Shown: one piece after another, positions 10,298 to 19,856 of the stretch
How the letters are laid out: each line of letters starts with the position of its first letter
How positions within the stretch are numbered: position 1 is the first letter of the stretch
Source: Bacteroidota bacterium
GTDB lineage: Bacteria; Bacteroidota; Bacteroidia; Chitinophagales; Chitinophagaceae
Reading direction: 5' to 3'
Assembly (NCBI GenBank): GCA_013286835.1
Contig: JABDEZ010000001.1
Location: 2,916 to 66,915, forward strand
Length of the DNA: 64,000 nucleotides
Program-made: the position numbers and the translations under genes
The notes under the pieces: generated by a model
Seen by the model: only the letters and a program-made list of their open reading frames with translations
Told to the model about the DNA's origin: nothing
Database searches by the model: none

Positions 10298-12299
10298 GCC
10301 TTTGTTGTCTATACTACGGGTATGGCAGATATGTTTTTTTGCTTTTGCATGTTGCTTTGGTATGATGCAGAGTAGTGCCAAAATATTTACTCCTCATTAT
10401 CCTGATTTTTTTGAACAATACTTAAAACAAGATCGGTTTAGTATTGACACAGGTGCAGATGCGGTTATACTCTATGAAAAAGCTGACTTTGCTATAATAA
10501 TTGGGGGGAGCCAATACATGCTCCGTAAAAGGATAAGGAAGGTAATAAAAGTTTTAGCAGAAACAGGAAAGTATTATGGCGACATAAATGAAAGTGCATA
10601 TTATGATGACGAAAAAACAACAGATTTTTCAGAGCTGTCTGGCGTAACATATAATTGGCGCAATGGTACCATGACAGAAGACAAACTGGTGAAAGGAACA
10701 GCAACCTATGAGGTTACAAATGATTACCTCATCAACCTGAAGTTTTCTATGCCGGGGGTGCAAGTTGGTTCTATAATTGACTACCAATATACAATAGAAG
10801 AGCCACTATTTTATTCGCTAGGCACTGCCTATTTTCGCGAAAGGATACCAATAATGTATTGCGAAGTAAACCTGGATGTTCCTGCTAAATATGAGGTAAC
10901 CTGTATGTTGCATGGTACTATTGACTTTAAGGAATATGATGACAGCAAAAATAATGATGAGTTGTCTATACCACAGGCATATAGATACACTAAAAAAGCA
11001 AATGAGATTAGTACTTTGAGTCGATGGGTGGTAAGAGATGTACGTGGGTTACACGATGAGCCCTATGTAGCTAATATCAAAAATTATTTTGACGAGGTAT
11101 CTTTTCAGGTTGGTGGTTTTGCATCGGAATTTGGCAGCGGGTGGGACAAGTTTGATAGCTGGGAAAAATTAGATGCATTTTATGAGAATGATGAAAAGTT
11201 CATGAAAAAGATAAAGCCCAATGCGGGCTATATCCGGGATATATTACCAAAAATAGTTGGTAAAGATACCGGAAGGTTGCAACAGGCGAAACTTATATAT
11301 AAGTACGTGAGAGACAGCTTCCAGGTTGTGCAAAACAGTGCAACTAAACCTAGTCTTAAACAGGTGACAGAGCGTAAAAGCGGAAATGAAAAGGATCTGA
11401 ACCTTTTGTTCCAATCATTGCTTCAGGCGGCCAATATCCCATGCAAATCAATCGTGTTGAGTACGACGAAAAACGTAAAACTTACTAAGATATATCCTGT
11501 TATAGATAACATAAATTATTTGGCAACATTGGTACACATATATGACAGTGATTATGTTGCCGACCCATCTGAAAAATATAACCCTTTCGGCATACTTAAT
11601 CCAAACTGTTATAACGGATATACGCGCATTATTGATGCTGATGGCCCTTCTGCCATAATGCTGACAGCAGACCAGTTGGTTGATAGATGCCGGTACGTTG
11701 TATATACCATAAGTGCAGATGCAGACAACTACGTGATAGGGATAAAGCAATATTTCGGCGTTGCTTCAGGGGCATTGATGAGGAGGAATATTGCGGAGGA
11801 TACTGCTAACCTTAAAAAGATAATTTTGAAGGAATTACCTCCCCATGCCGATCTTATTGAATATAAAGCGGAGAATTTGAATGACATTGATGACCGGTTG
11901 GTATTTAAGTATAACGTAAAGATGCCGTGGAAAGAAGCAGCTGTTTATATGTGCCCCGAGATAGTCAATCAATTTTCTGAAAACCCATTTAAATCTATGG
12001 ACAGGCTCTTGCCTGTAGAATTACCTTTTGCTGTACAGACCGTATATGATGTGAATTTAAAATTGCCAGAAAGGTATAAATTAATGGATACGGTACGCTC
12101 TATACAGTACAATCTTGGTGATCAAAATAAGTACAGATACATTGCAGAACTTTTGGATAGCACTCATACTTTAAGAGTAAATACGATGCTGTTATTAAAA
12201 CAAACCTATTTCGACCCAACGGAATATGGTGCGCTAAAATCTTTCTTTGACAAAATGCTGGAACTTCAGCAAACACCATATTATTTTAAGAAACTGTAA
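10278..12299 (+). CDS. secreted DUF3857 / transglutaminase-like-fold protein, paralog 2 (catalytic Cys and His positions substituted)
   Basis: 673 aa, collinear with paralog 1 (AKIFTPH.., LYEKADF, NLKFSMPGVQVGSIIDYQY, NPFGILNPNCYNGYTRI). The ATG at 10278 overlaps the upstream stop by 20 nt. The core KSGNEKDLNLLFQSLLQAANIP...NINYLATLV...YVADPSE has Glu371 (nt 11388-11390) for Cys and Tyr414 for His. Confidence 0.7.
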   Translation: MLLRNNKPLLSILRVWQICFFAFACCFGMMQSSAKIFTPHYPDFFEQYLKQDRFSIDTGADAVILYEKADFAIIIGGSQYMLRKRIRKVIKVLAETGKYYGDINESAYYDDEKTTDFSELSGVTYNWRNGTMTEDKLVKGTATYEVTNDYLINLKFSMPGVQVGSIIDYQYTIEEPLFYSLGTAYFRERIPIMYCEVNLDVPAKYEVTCMLHGTIDFKEYDDSKNNDELSIPQAYRYTKKANEISTLSRWVVRDVRGLHDEPYVANIKNYFDEVSFQVGGFASEFGSGWDKFDSWEKLDAFYENDEKFMKKIKPNAGYIRDILPKIVGKDTGRLQQAKLIYKYVRDSFQVVQNSATKPSLKQVTERKSGNEKDLNLLFQSLLQAANIPCKSIVLSTTKNVKLTKIYPVIDNINYLATLVHIYDSDYVADPSEKYNPFGILNPNCYNGYTRIIDADGPSAIMLTADQLVDRCRYVVYTISADADNYVIGIKQYFGVASGALMRRNIAEDTANLKKIILKELPPHADLIEYKAENLNDIDDRLVFKYNVKMPWKEAAVYMCPEIVNQFSENPFKSMDRLLPVELPFAVQTVYDVNLKLPERYKLMDTVRSIQYNLGDQNKYRYIAELLDSTHTLRVNTMLLLKQTYFDPTEYGALKSFFDKMLELQQTPYYFKKL

Positions 12300-12301
12300 C
12301 T

Positions 12302-14221
12302 ATGTTTAAGTATCTGACCCTTTTATTTTTTATTGCGATATCTCCCTTTAGAAGTCTTGCAGCTAATGCTGATTATAGCGCTTCTTTAATTGATAAGGGT
12401 TTATTGAAAAATGCAGATGCAGTAATAAGAGAGTATAGTACAGAAGTAAATATTGAGTCGCCAACAAAAGTATATATAACAGAGCATACAGTTATTACGG
12501 TGTTGAATGAAAAAGGGAATCACTTCGTTAATAATTGCATTGAATATTCAGATATGTCTGATATAGAAAAAATAGAAGGGCATATATATGATAAGGATGG
12601 TAGCATTGTAAAAAAAATCAGATCCTCTGACTTTAGCAGGCGTTCCGCAAATGCAAATGCATATGCATTTGCGGAATACAGTGATGATATGCAACGTTAC
12701 TATTATGTAGATTACAGACAGTATCCTTATACCGTAGAATATACGGTGGTGACAAAACAAAAACATACATTTTACTTACCTAAATGGAAACCGCAATTAT
12801 CAGCAAATTGTGCGATAGAAAATGCAAGCTTGCATGTAACAGCCCCAGAGGATTTTAAATTAAGGTTTAAAAAAAATATGGTGCAAGATGTAACCCCGAG
12901 CACCACAAATTCAATAACTACATGGCAATGGAATGTGAAGAATGTAAATGCATATATTCCTGAACCACTAACCTATCCAGTACAGTTAGTAGGACCGAAT
13001 ATTATATTGGCTCCTGATAAATTTGAATGTGAGGGTTATGCTGGAAATATGGCAACCTGGAAAGACCATGGTCAATTTATTTATGAAATAAATAAAGGCA
13101 GGGATGTGCTACCTAATGAAACGATTGATAAAGTAAACGTATTGATACGTGGCCTTGATGATGACAAGAAAAAGATTAATGTACTGTATAACTACTTGCA
13201 GCGTACTACACGGTATGTCTATGTTGGCTATGGAATTGGAGGATGGCAAACTCAAGATGCAGCATTTGTAGATAAAAATAAATATGGTGACTGCAAAGCG
13301 CTTAGTAATTACATGAAGGCATTGCTTAAATCGGCGGGTATTGAATCCTATGTTGTTGAAATACATGCCCAACAAGATTTGCATTATTCACTACAAAAAG
13401 ATTTCCCACATGTTGAAAGCAATCATATAATCTTATGTATTCCTTCTGCAAAGGACACTATGTGGTTAGAATGTACCAGTTCCAATTTAACAATGAATTA
13501 TTTAGGTGATTTTACTGATGACAGGACAGCGCTTATGATAACCCCAGATGGAGGTGTGCTGGTACACACCCCGGTATATGATGCAAACGTGAGCTGGGAA
13601 TGTAGAAATGCTAAAATAGTATGTGGTGATGAAGGTGTACTGAAAGTAGAAATGAACAACCACTATAGTGGTTTACTGGCAGATGAACTGAACAATGAGA
13701 TAAAATTAAGCCAACCAAAAGAGTTGCAGGATTATGAGAATACAAAGTTTGGTATGCCCAGCTATAGTGTGGATAAATTTAGCCTGAAGCCTGTTGAAAA
13801 TGATGCTTACATGGCGGTGGATGAGCATGTGCTTATAACGGCAAACAGCATGTACAATAAAAGAGGGGCACGATATTTTGTAAACATGAATGTAGCGCCG
13901 GTTAAAAAAAGCTATACTACAATGACCACTGAGCGGAAAACTTCTTTTTTCATCAATCATTCATGTGCTATAAGAGATACCTTCATGTTGAGTATTCCTG
14001 CAAATACCACAGTTGAGTATATTCCAGAGCCTGTTAATGCCGCATATACTTTTGGGCGCTATCATTGCAATGTAACTAATGTAAATGGCCAGCTTTTACT
14101 TACGCGTGAATACATACAACATAGTGGCGTATATGATAAGACGTTGTACCACGATTATGAAAAATTTGCTGCACTTGTCAATAGTGGCAATCCGCTAAAC
14201 ATAGTGCTTACGCATAATTAG
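12302..14221 (+). CDS. secreted DUF3857 / transglutaminase-like cysteine-protease-fold protein, paralog 3 (Cys-His core retained)
   Basis: 639 aa with a signal peptide (LLFFIAISPFRSLA/ANA). It starts 2 nt after the stop of paralog 2. It carries the canonical TGase-like core KYGDCKALSNYMKALLKSAGIE (Cys331, nt 13292-13294), ESNHIILCI (His375, nt 13424-13426) and MWLECTS. Confidence 0.75.
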   Translation: MFKYLTLLFFIAISPFRSLAANADYSASLIDKGLLKNADAVIREYSTEVNIESPTKVYITEHTVITVLNEKGNHFVNNCIEYSDMSDIEKIEGHIYDKDGSIVKKIRSSDFSRRSANANAYAFAEYSDDMQRYYYVDYRQYPYTVEYTVVTKQKHTFYLPKWKPQLSANCAIENASLHVTAPEDFKLRFKKNMVQDVTPSTTNSITTWQWNVKNVNAYIPEPLTYPVQLVGPNIILAPDKFECEGYAGNMATWKDHGQFIYEINKGRDVLPNETIDKVNVLIRGLDDDKKKINVLYNYLQRTTRYVYVGYGIGGWQTQDAAFVDKNKYGDCKALSNYMKALLKSAGIESYVVEIHAQQDLHYSLQKDFPHVESNHIILCIPSAKDTMWLECTSSNLTMNYLGDFTDDRTALMITPDGGVLVHTPVYDANVSWECRNAKIVCGDEGVLKVEMNNHYSGLLADELNNEIKLSQPKELQDYENTKFGMPSYSVDKFSLKPVENDAYMAVDEHVLITANSMYNKRGARYFVNMNVAPVKKSYTTMTTERKTSFFINHSCAIRDTFMLSIPANTTVEYIPEPVNAAYTFGRYHCNVTNVNGQLLLTREYIQHSGVYDKTLYHDYEKFAALVNSGNPLNIVLTHN

Positions 14222-14251
14222 ATTTAGGATGATAATATATTTTAAAAACAA

Positions 14252-14259
14252 TATTTTTG
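14252..14259 (+). promoter_or_regulatory. candidate Bacteroidota -7 box (TAnnTTTG) upstream of the mechanosensitive channel gene
   Basis: TATTTTTG at 14252-14259 matches the -7 consensus. No convincing -33 TTTG was seen. Confidence 0.3.
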
Positions 14260-14272
14260 TAAGCAGTTTGAT

Positions 14273-16762
14273 ATGTTGTATTGTATGAAAAGAAGCTCCA
14301 AATATTTATCCTCGGTCATATTGATCTTGTGCGTGTTTGTGTTGCCGACGGCTGGCCAGGTAAAAGATAGTACTCATCATACTAAGGTACACTCTAGTGC
14401 TGAACATGCTATAAATCCACAGCGTGTAATAGCAAAATACAGCCAACGCCTTAAAGATACGATACGTTTTAGTCGTGTTGTTGCTGAATCACATGCGTTG
14501 GTGTTATCAGATAGCATGTTAAACGAAATAGGGATAGATAGCCTGTTGGATAAACTAGAGAATCTACACAATACGCTAACCGAGATCAACAATGTTACTT
14601 CTATAGGTTTTGATACTCATGACATAGATGAAAACATAGCTACCGTGGATAGTAATGTGGACATTATAGATGAGAACCTGACCATCTATACCAATGTGCT
14701 TGATGTAAAGAACCTGCAGATGTTTAATATACTACTAGCCGATATACAGGACCAGGTGGTAGTATGGCGGGAAACACTGTTTAAATACAACAAGAAACTT
14801 ATGGACATGAATGCGGAAATGACCGCATTTAAGAAAGATACTGTACTAAGATCTTTGTTTAAGGATAGTGCTTTTGTTGCTTTGTATGGCGGCGAACTAA
14901 ATGACCTGAGAGGTAAATGGAGGCAAGCCAAAAAGAATACCAACGCTGAGCTTACGCAAATAAGCCGATTACAGGCAAATGTGAGCAACTTGTACTTTGA
15001 GGATATAGATCTTAAGAATAGGATCAATGATCTTTTGAGAAAGGTTAGTGTTAAGAACCTGGGTAAGGAATATGAATACCTGTGGGATTTTAAAAGAATA
15101 CAACAAGATGATAATGTACAGGCCGATGTGTTGGTGCATAGGTCTTATCGTGCACGCAGAAAGGTACTTGGTTTTTATTTTCAGCGTAACTGGGACGATG
15201 AGGTGTGGTTGCTGATCACAGGATTTGTATTTATGTTCTGGGTATTCTGGAATTTCAGGAAAGTGAAAAGAGCCCCGGCTGACCCAGATGTAACACAACC
15301 AGCATACCAATACATAACGCGGTTTGCTGTTTTGCCTGCGTTAATTGTTATGTTCACTATTGCGCCTCTTTACGATCTGCATCCGCCCACTACTTATGTT
15401 GAGTTTGTAGAGCTTTTGCTAATAGTGTGCCTGACTATAATGATGCGCAAGATATGGCCCAAAAGGGTGTTTGGTTATTGGGTGGTTATTGCATTGCTGT
15501 ATGTAATTTTTATAGTTACAGGTACCTTGCTAACGCCAGCTTTGGGATCAAGATTATTACTGCTTGGATTAAACATAGGTTCTGTAGTTATTGGTGTGCT
15601 TTGGCTTAGGGCAATAGTAAAGTATGAAATGACCCCTGTCTGGATGGTTAAAACGGTTACTGTTATTTTTTTGGTGCTTAATATAGGCGCTATTTTATGT
15701 AATATTTTCGGTCGTCTTAGCCTTGCCAAAATATTTGGCGTGACGGCAATTTTCGGGCTCACACAAATTGTTGCGCTCTCTGTATTTATCAATGTTGTAA
15801 TGGAGACATTACAATTACAAACCCAGGTGAATAAAATGTCTGGGGGGCTTACTGCTAAGTTCAATTATGAGCGTATGTTAGTATTGTTCAGGCGTATATT
15901 GGTGCTCCTGTCTATGGTTATCTGGATTATTGTATTCACGGTAAGTCTTAATATTTATAATGTTCTTGATGAGGTATTGACAAACTTCCTTACCACCCCA
16001 AGAAAGATTGGTAATACCAGTTTTGAGATAGGAAGTATCCTTCTTTTTGCTGTGATCATTTATGTCTCGAACTTATTGCAACAAGGCGTGGGCTCATTGT
16101 ATGGCAGGCCAGATGATAAATGGGATCCTGAAGTAAAAAAGAATGGTTCACGATTGGCCATGACAAGGCTTGTGCTTATTGTGCTGGGCTTTCTTATAGC
16201 TGTGGCCGCATCTGGTTTGCCTATTGATAAAATAACAATAGTACTGGGCGCCTTAGGCGTGGGTATTGGCCTGGGCTTACAGAGTATTGTAAACAACTTG
16301 GTATCTGGTGTGATACTCATATTTGAACAGCCCTTCAGAATTGGGGATTATATAGAGCTTGGTGACAGTAAAGGCCGTGTGCTGGATATAGGCATACGCA
16401 GCAGCAAGCTGGTGAAGGAAGAAGGAGCTGAGATCATAATGCCTAATGCAGACCTATTATCGGGACGGGTGATCAACTGGACTTTACGTAACGAGAATAT
16501 GAGGGTGGAGCTTGTCTTTTCTGTGGCTGCAGGGCATACTTATGACGAGGTGCGACATGTGGTGATGGAGGTACTGGACAATAGTGATGAAGTACTGAAA
16601 ACAATGCCACCTGAACTTTTATTGCTGAGCTTGAATGATAAAGCGATGAACATGAAATCGTTCGTATGGATAACGGATGTGCAAAGGGCTCAGTCTATAA
16701 AAAGTAAATTGCTCAAAAAGATATACGATGCATTCTCAACACATGATATCCAGGTCGTGTAG
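14273..16762 (+). CDS. large mechanosensitive ion channel, MscS family (MscK/KefA-like architecture)
   Basis: 829 aa with a signal/TM segment, a long coiled-coil-like N-terminal region and about 10 hydrophobic helices. The MscS core is GLQSIVNNLVSGVILIFEQPFRIGDYIELGDSKGRVLDIGIRSSKL...MPNADLLSGRVINWT. An alternative start at ATG 14285 (MKRSSKYL..) is equally plausible. Confidence 0.85.
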   Translation: MLYCMKRSSKYLSSVILILCVFVLPTAGQVKDSTHHTKVHSSAEHAINPQRVIAKYSQRLKDTIRFSRVVAESHALVLSDSMLNEIGIDSLLDKLENLHNTLTEINNVTSIGFDTHDIDENIATVDSNVDIIDENLTIYTNVLDVKNLQMFNILLADIQDQVVVWRETLFKYNKKLMDMNAEMTAFKKDTVLRSLFKDSAFVALYGGELNDLRGKWRQAKKNTNAELTQISRLQANVSNLYFEDIDLKNRINDLLRKVSVKNLGKEYEYLWDFKRIQQDDNVQADVLVHRSYRARRKVLGFYFQRNWDDEVWLLITGFVFMFWVFWNFRKVKRAPADPDVTQPAYQYITRFAVLPALIVMFTIAPLYDLHPPTTYVEFVELLLIVCLTIMMRKIWPKRVFGYWVVIALLYVIFIVTGTLLTPALGSRLLLLGLNIGSVVIGVLWLRAIVKYEMTPVWMVKTVTVIFLVLNIGAILCNIFGRLSLAKIFGVTAIFGLTQIVALSVFINVVMETLQLQTQVNKMSGGLTAKFNYERMLVLFRRILVLLSMVIWIIVFTVSLNIYNVLDEVLTNFLTTPRKIGNTSFEIGSILLFAVIIYVSNLLQQGVGSLYGRPDDKWDPEVKKNGSRLAMTRLVLIVLGFLIAVAASGLPIDKITIVLGALGVGIGLGLQSIVNNLVSGVILIFEQPFRIGDYIELGDSKGRVLDIGIRSSKLVKEEGAEIIMPNADLLSGRVINWTLRNENMRVELVFSVAAGHTYDEVRHVVMEVLDNSDEVLKTMPPELLLLSLNDKAMNMKSFVWITDVQRAQSIKSKLLKKIYDAFSTHDIQVV

Positions 16763-16769
16763 GGGATCA

Positions 16770-17198
16770 TCATACTGATCCTTGTTTGATAGCATGGTAA
16801 TGAGGGTCGTAATGGACGAAGCAAGCTATCCAAACAGACCGGGCTATGCGCTGCATAGGCGGCTGTAATATTATGAGCAGTAATGCACTTACGCCCATGC
16901 ACCAGAAGATACTATTGTCTTGTAAGGATAAATGAAGTGTAAGGTGCCAGGCTACGAAAAAAATGATGATGAACAAAACAGACAAGGCATAACTTACATA
17001 CCCGGTGCCAAAATAAAAGCCGGTTTGTAACTCAAATTGCTGGCCGCAAACAGCGCACTTTTGGGGCATACGCATTGTGGTTTTTAAATGGTAAGGGTTA
17101 GGATCAATAAATAAGTTGCCCTTGCGGCAATGAGGGCATTTGTTGGTAATGATACTTTTCAAAAGCCCGGTCTCGTTATTTGATCGTTTAGCACACAT
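16770..17198 (-). CDS. DUF983-like small membrane protein with zinc-ribbon
   Basis: 142 aa with two CxxC pairs (CPHCRKG, CAVCGQ) followed by two hydrophobic helices. It is convergent with the channel gene. Confidence 0.55.
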   Translation of the reverse strand: MCAKRSNNETGLLKSIITNKCPHCRKGNLFIDPNPYHLKTTMRMPQKCAVCGQQFELQTGFYFGTGYVSYALSVLFIIIFFVAWHLTLHLSLQDNSIFWCMGVSALLLIILQPPMQRIARSVWIACFVHYDPHYHAIKQGSV

Positions 17199-17203
17199 AG
17201 TTG

Positions 17204-18106
17204 TTATTTTAAAGTTGTTCCTAAAGTTTGTTTCCTGAAGTCCTCAGGTGTACTGCCGGTGTATTTCCTGAAGAATTTTGTGAAGTATGAATTGTCAGGG
17301 AAATTCAATTGACCGGCTATTTCAGCAACTTGCAGATCTGCATTTACCAGCAGTCTTTTAGCCTGCAGCACTATTCTATCCCGTATTATTTCTCCGGCCG
17401 GTTTCCCCAATACATCATTGCACAAAGCATTGAGGTGGTTGGGTGTTATATACAGCATGGCAGCATACTCTTTGGGTAGCTTCATTTCTGTATAGTATTG
17501 TTCCACCAGTTTCCTGAAGTTGAGGAGCACCAACCTATTGTGTTGTGGCACTTGTTTGCCTGCAGTTTTTATAGTGGTACGGCTAAGGATAATGAATAAA
17601 GAAAGTAATAGCGAACAGATCATGTCTAATGCTCCGGAACTATCATTCTGTACTTCTTTAACTATAGTACTGAGTATCTCTTCAGCCTTTACAAATGTAT
17701 CAATGGCGGGCTGCAGGACACTTTCCTGTGCAATTCCACTAAAAAATCGGAATTGATCCAGGTAATGTATGTCTGATAAGAAAGTGGAGAACAGGCCAGG
17801 TGAAAAATTAACCACATATCCATCAGGCTGTGTGGCAAAGTTCCAGGTATGTACCTGGCCGGGTGCCATAAAATAGATCTGTCCTTTTTGTATGCTGAAC
17901 TGTTCAAAATCAATAATGTGAATCCCACTACCCTTGGTAAACAATACCATATGGTAGAAAGAATGCCGATGTGGTGCCAGAAAGTGAGGGTGTGCTTCCA
18001 GGTAGGGTGCAAAAGGGGCAGCATACACCTCTTTTTTCAACTTGCTATTATCGTTATTAAAAGGCCATAGGTCGTAAACTGGTAGTATGGTGTTTCCTTT
18101 TTTCAT
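17204..18106 (-). CDS. AraC family transcriptional regulator (cupin-like N-terminal domain plus C-terminal HTH)
   Basis: 300 aa. The C-terminal region has a typical AraC dual HTH (LNALCNDVLGKPAGEIIRDRIVLQAKRLL...AEIAGQLNFPDNSYFTKFFRKYTGSTPEDFRK). Confidence 0.85.
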   Translation of the reverse strand: MKKGNTILPVYDLWPFNNDNSKLKKEVYAAPFAPYLEAHPHFLAPHRHSFYHMVLFTKGSGIHIIDFEQFSIQKGQIYFMAPGQVHTWNFATQPDGYVVNFSPGLFSTFLSDIHYLDQFRFFSGIAQESVLQPAIDTFVKAEEILSTIVKEVQNDSSGALDMICSLLLSLFIILSRTTIKTAGKQVPQHNRLVLLNFRKLVEQYYTEMKLPKEYAAMLYITPNHLNALCNDVLGKPAGEIIRDRIVLQAKRLLVNADLQVAEIAGQLNFPDNSYFTKFFRKYTGSTPEDFRKQTLGTTLK

Positions 18107-18271
18107 CTAGTACAAAGTTACACGCTATACCAAGTAAATAGCAGTGCAATATAGGTGGATAATGGTACTTTTTACTGATTGTGCTATTTTATTACTTGGA
18201 GAGGTATGTGCCAAAATAAGATGCCAACAATTCTGTTGGTTGTTATGCTCAATATTAGTTAATATATTATA

Positions 18272-18300
18272 AATAAAGCGCTACTTGTTAGCGCTTTATT
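18272..18300 (-). terminator. hairpin terminator downstream of aspA
   Basis: ataaagcgcta / cttgt / tagcgctttat is a perfect 11-bp stem with A/T-rich flanks. It lies 31 nt beyond the aspA stop. Confidence 0.6.
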
Positions 18301-18330
18301 TATAAGTTGTACCCTAAGCATTTAATAATC

Positions 18331-19746
18331 TTATTGATTTATAAACTTCGGATTGATCAGATTCTCCAAAGAATAGATCTCATCCCATTTTTCTTGTGTT
18401 ATCAGTTTGCGTTCTTCTACAACAATATCGTGTATAGATTTGCTGGTGGCCAACGCTTCCTTGGCTATGCTGGCGCTCATTTCATATCCAAGTATTGGGT
18501 TTAGCGCGGTAACAATACCTATGCTATTCATAACCATATCGCGACAAACATCTGCATTGGCAGCTATGCCGTCTATGCATTTATCGGCAAGGGTGTGTAC
18601 TGCGTTGGTCATATATTCTAAGGATGTGAAGAGGCTAAAGCCTATTACCGGCTCCATTACGTTTAGCTGTAGCTGTCCTGCCTCCGCAGCCATGGTAATT
18701 GTAACATCTGCGCCTATTACATAAAAGGCAGTCTGGTTTACTACCTCGGGTATTACGGGGTTTACCTTGCCGGGCATAATGGATGAGCCGGGTTGCATTT
18801 TGGGCAGGCTTATCTCATTAAGTCCGCAGCGGGGACCTGATGACAGCAGTCTGAGGTCGTTGCAAATTTTGGATATTTTGATAACGCTGCGTTTTAGGGT
18901 GCCGGATATTTGGACGTAGGCACCGGTATCACTGGTAGCTTCAATCAAGTCTTCTGCAAGAGTAATGGGTATTCCAGATACTGCAGCGAGGTGATCTGTG
19001 CATATTTCAGGGTAGCCATCGGGGGCATTTATACGAGTGCCTATGGCGGTGGCTCCCATGTTGCATTCAGTCACCAAACTTTGGGCTTCACGCATACGCT
19101 TTACATCTTCGCCTATAGTTGTTGCAAAGCCTTTAAACTCTTGTCCGAGTGTCATAGGTACAGCATCTTGTAACTGGGTGCGCCCCATTTTCAATACATC
19201 TTTAAACTCAACCCCCTTTTTTGCAAAAGAAACGATGAGCTTTTCAATTGCCTCTATGTACGAGTCTATTTTGCGGTACAGCGCTACCCTGAAGGCTGTG
19301 GGGTAGGCATCGTTAGTACTTTGTGAGCAATTTACATGGTTGTTGGGGTGCAGGTATTGGTATTCACCTTTTTTGTGGCCCATGTATTCCAGGCCTATAT
19401 TGGCTATCACTTCGTTTGCATTCATATTTATAGACGTACCAGCCCCACCCTGTATCAGGTCGGTTAAAAACTGGTCGTGGTACTTGCCCGCAATAAGCTG
19501 ATCGCAAGCATATATAATAGCCTCGGCTATTTTAGGGTCTAGTACGCCACACTCCTGATTGGCTATAGCGGCTGCTTTTTTTACATAACCGAAAGCCTGT
19601 ATAAACAACGGTTCTTTGGCCATTGTAATGCCGGTAATGTTGAAATTTTCTACAGCCCTTAAAGTTTGAACACCATAGTAAGCGGTGTCTGGTATTTGTT
19701 TTTCGCCAAGGAAATCGTGTTCTGTTCTATATGATACTGCTGTCAT
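18331..19746 (-). CDS. aspA: aspartate ammonia-lyase
   Basis: 471 aa with the fumarate-lyase signature GSSIMPGKVNP. The N-terminus, TEHDFLGEKQIPDTAYYGVQTLRAVENF, is aspartase-like rather than FumC-like. Confidence 0.85.
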   Translation of the reverse strand: MTAVSYRTEHDFLGEKQIPDTAYYGVQTLRAVENFNITGITMAKEPLFIQAFGYVKKAAAIANQECGVLDPKIAEAIIYACDQLIAGKYHDQFLTDLIQGGAGTSINMNANEVIANIGLEYMGHKKGEYQYLHPNNHVNCSQSTNDAYPTAFRVALYRKIDSYIEAIEKLIVSFAKKGVEFKDVLKMGRTQLQDAVPMTLGQEFKGFATTIGEDVKRMREAQSLVTECNMGATAIGTRINAPDGYPEICTDHLAAVSGIPITLAEDLIEATSDTGAYVQISGTLKRSVIKISKICNDLRLLSSGPRCGLNEISLPKMQPGSSIMPGKVNPVIPEVVNQTAFYVIGADVTITMAAEAGQLQLNVMEPVIGFSLFTSLEYMTNAVHTLADKCIDGIAANADVCRDMVMNSIGIVTALNPILGYEMSASIAKEALATSKSIHDIVVEERKLITQEKWDEIYSLENLINPKFINQ

Positions 19747-19856
19747 TTAAAAGTAGTTAAGCCGTAAATATAAGACTCCTGCCGAAATGCGGTATAAGCT
19801 ATCGTTATAAATCATCCCTTATATTGTTTATAACTTTGCATGACAAGCGGTAACAG

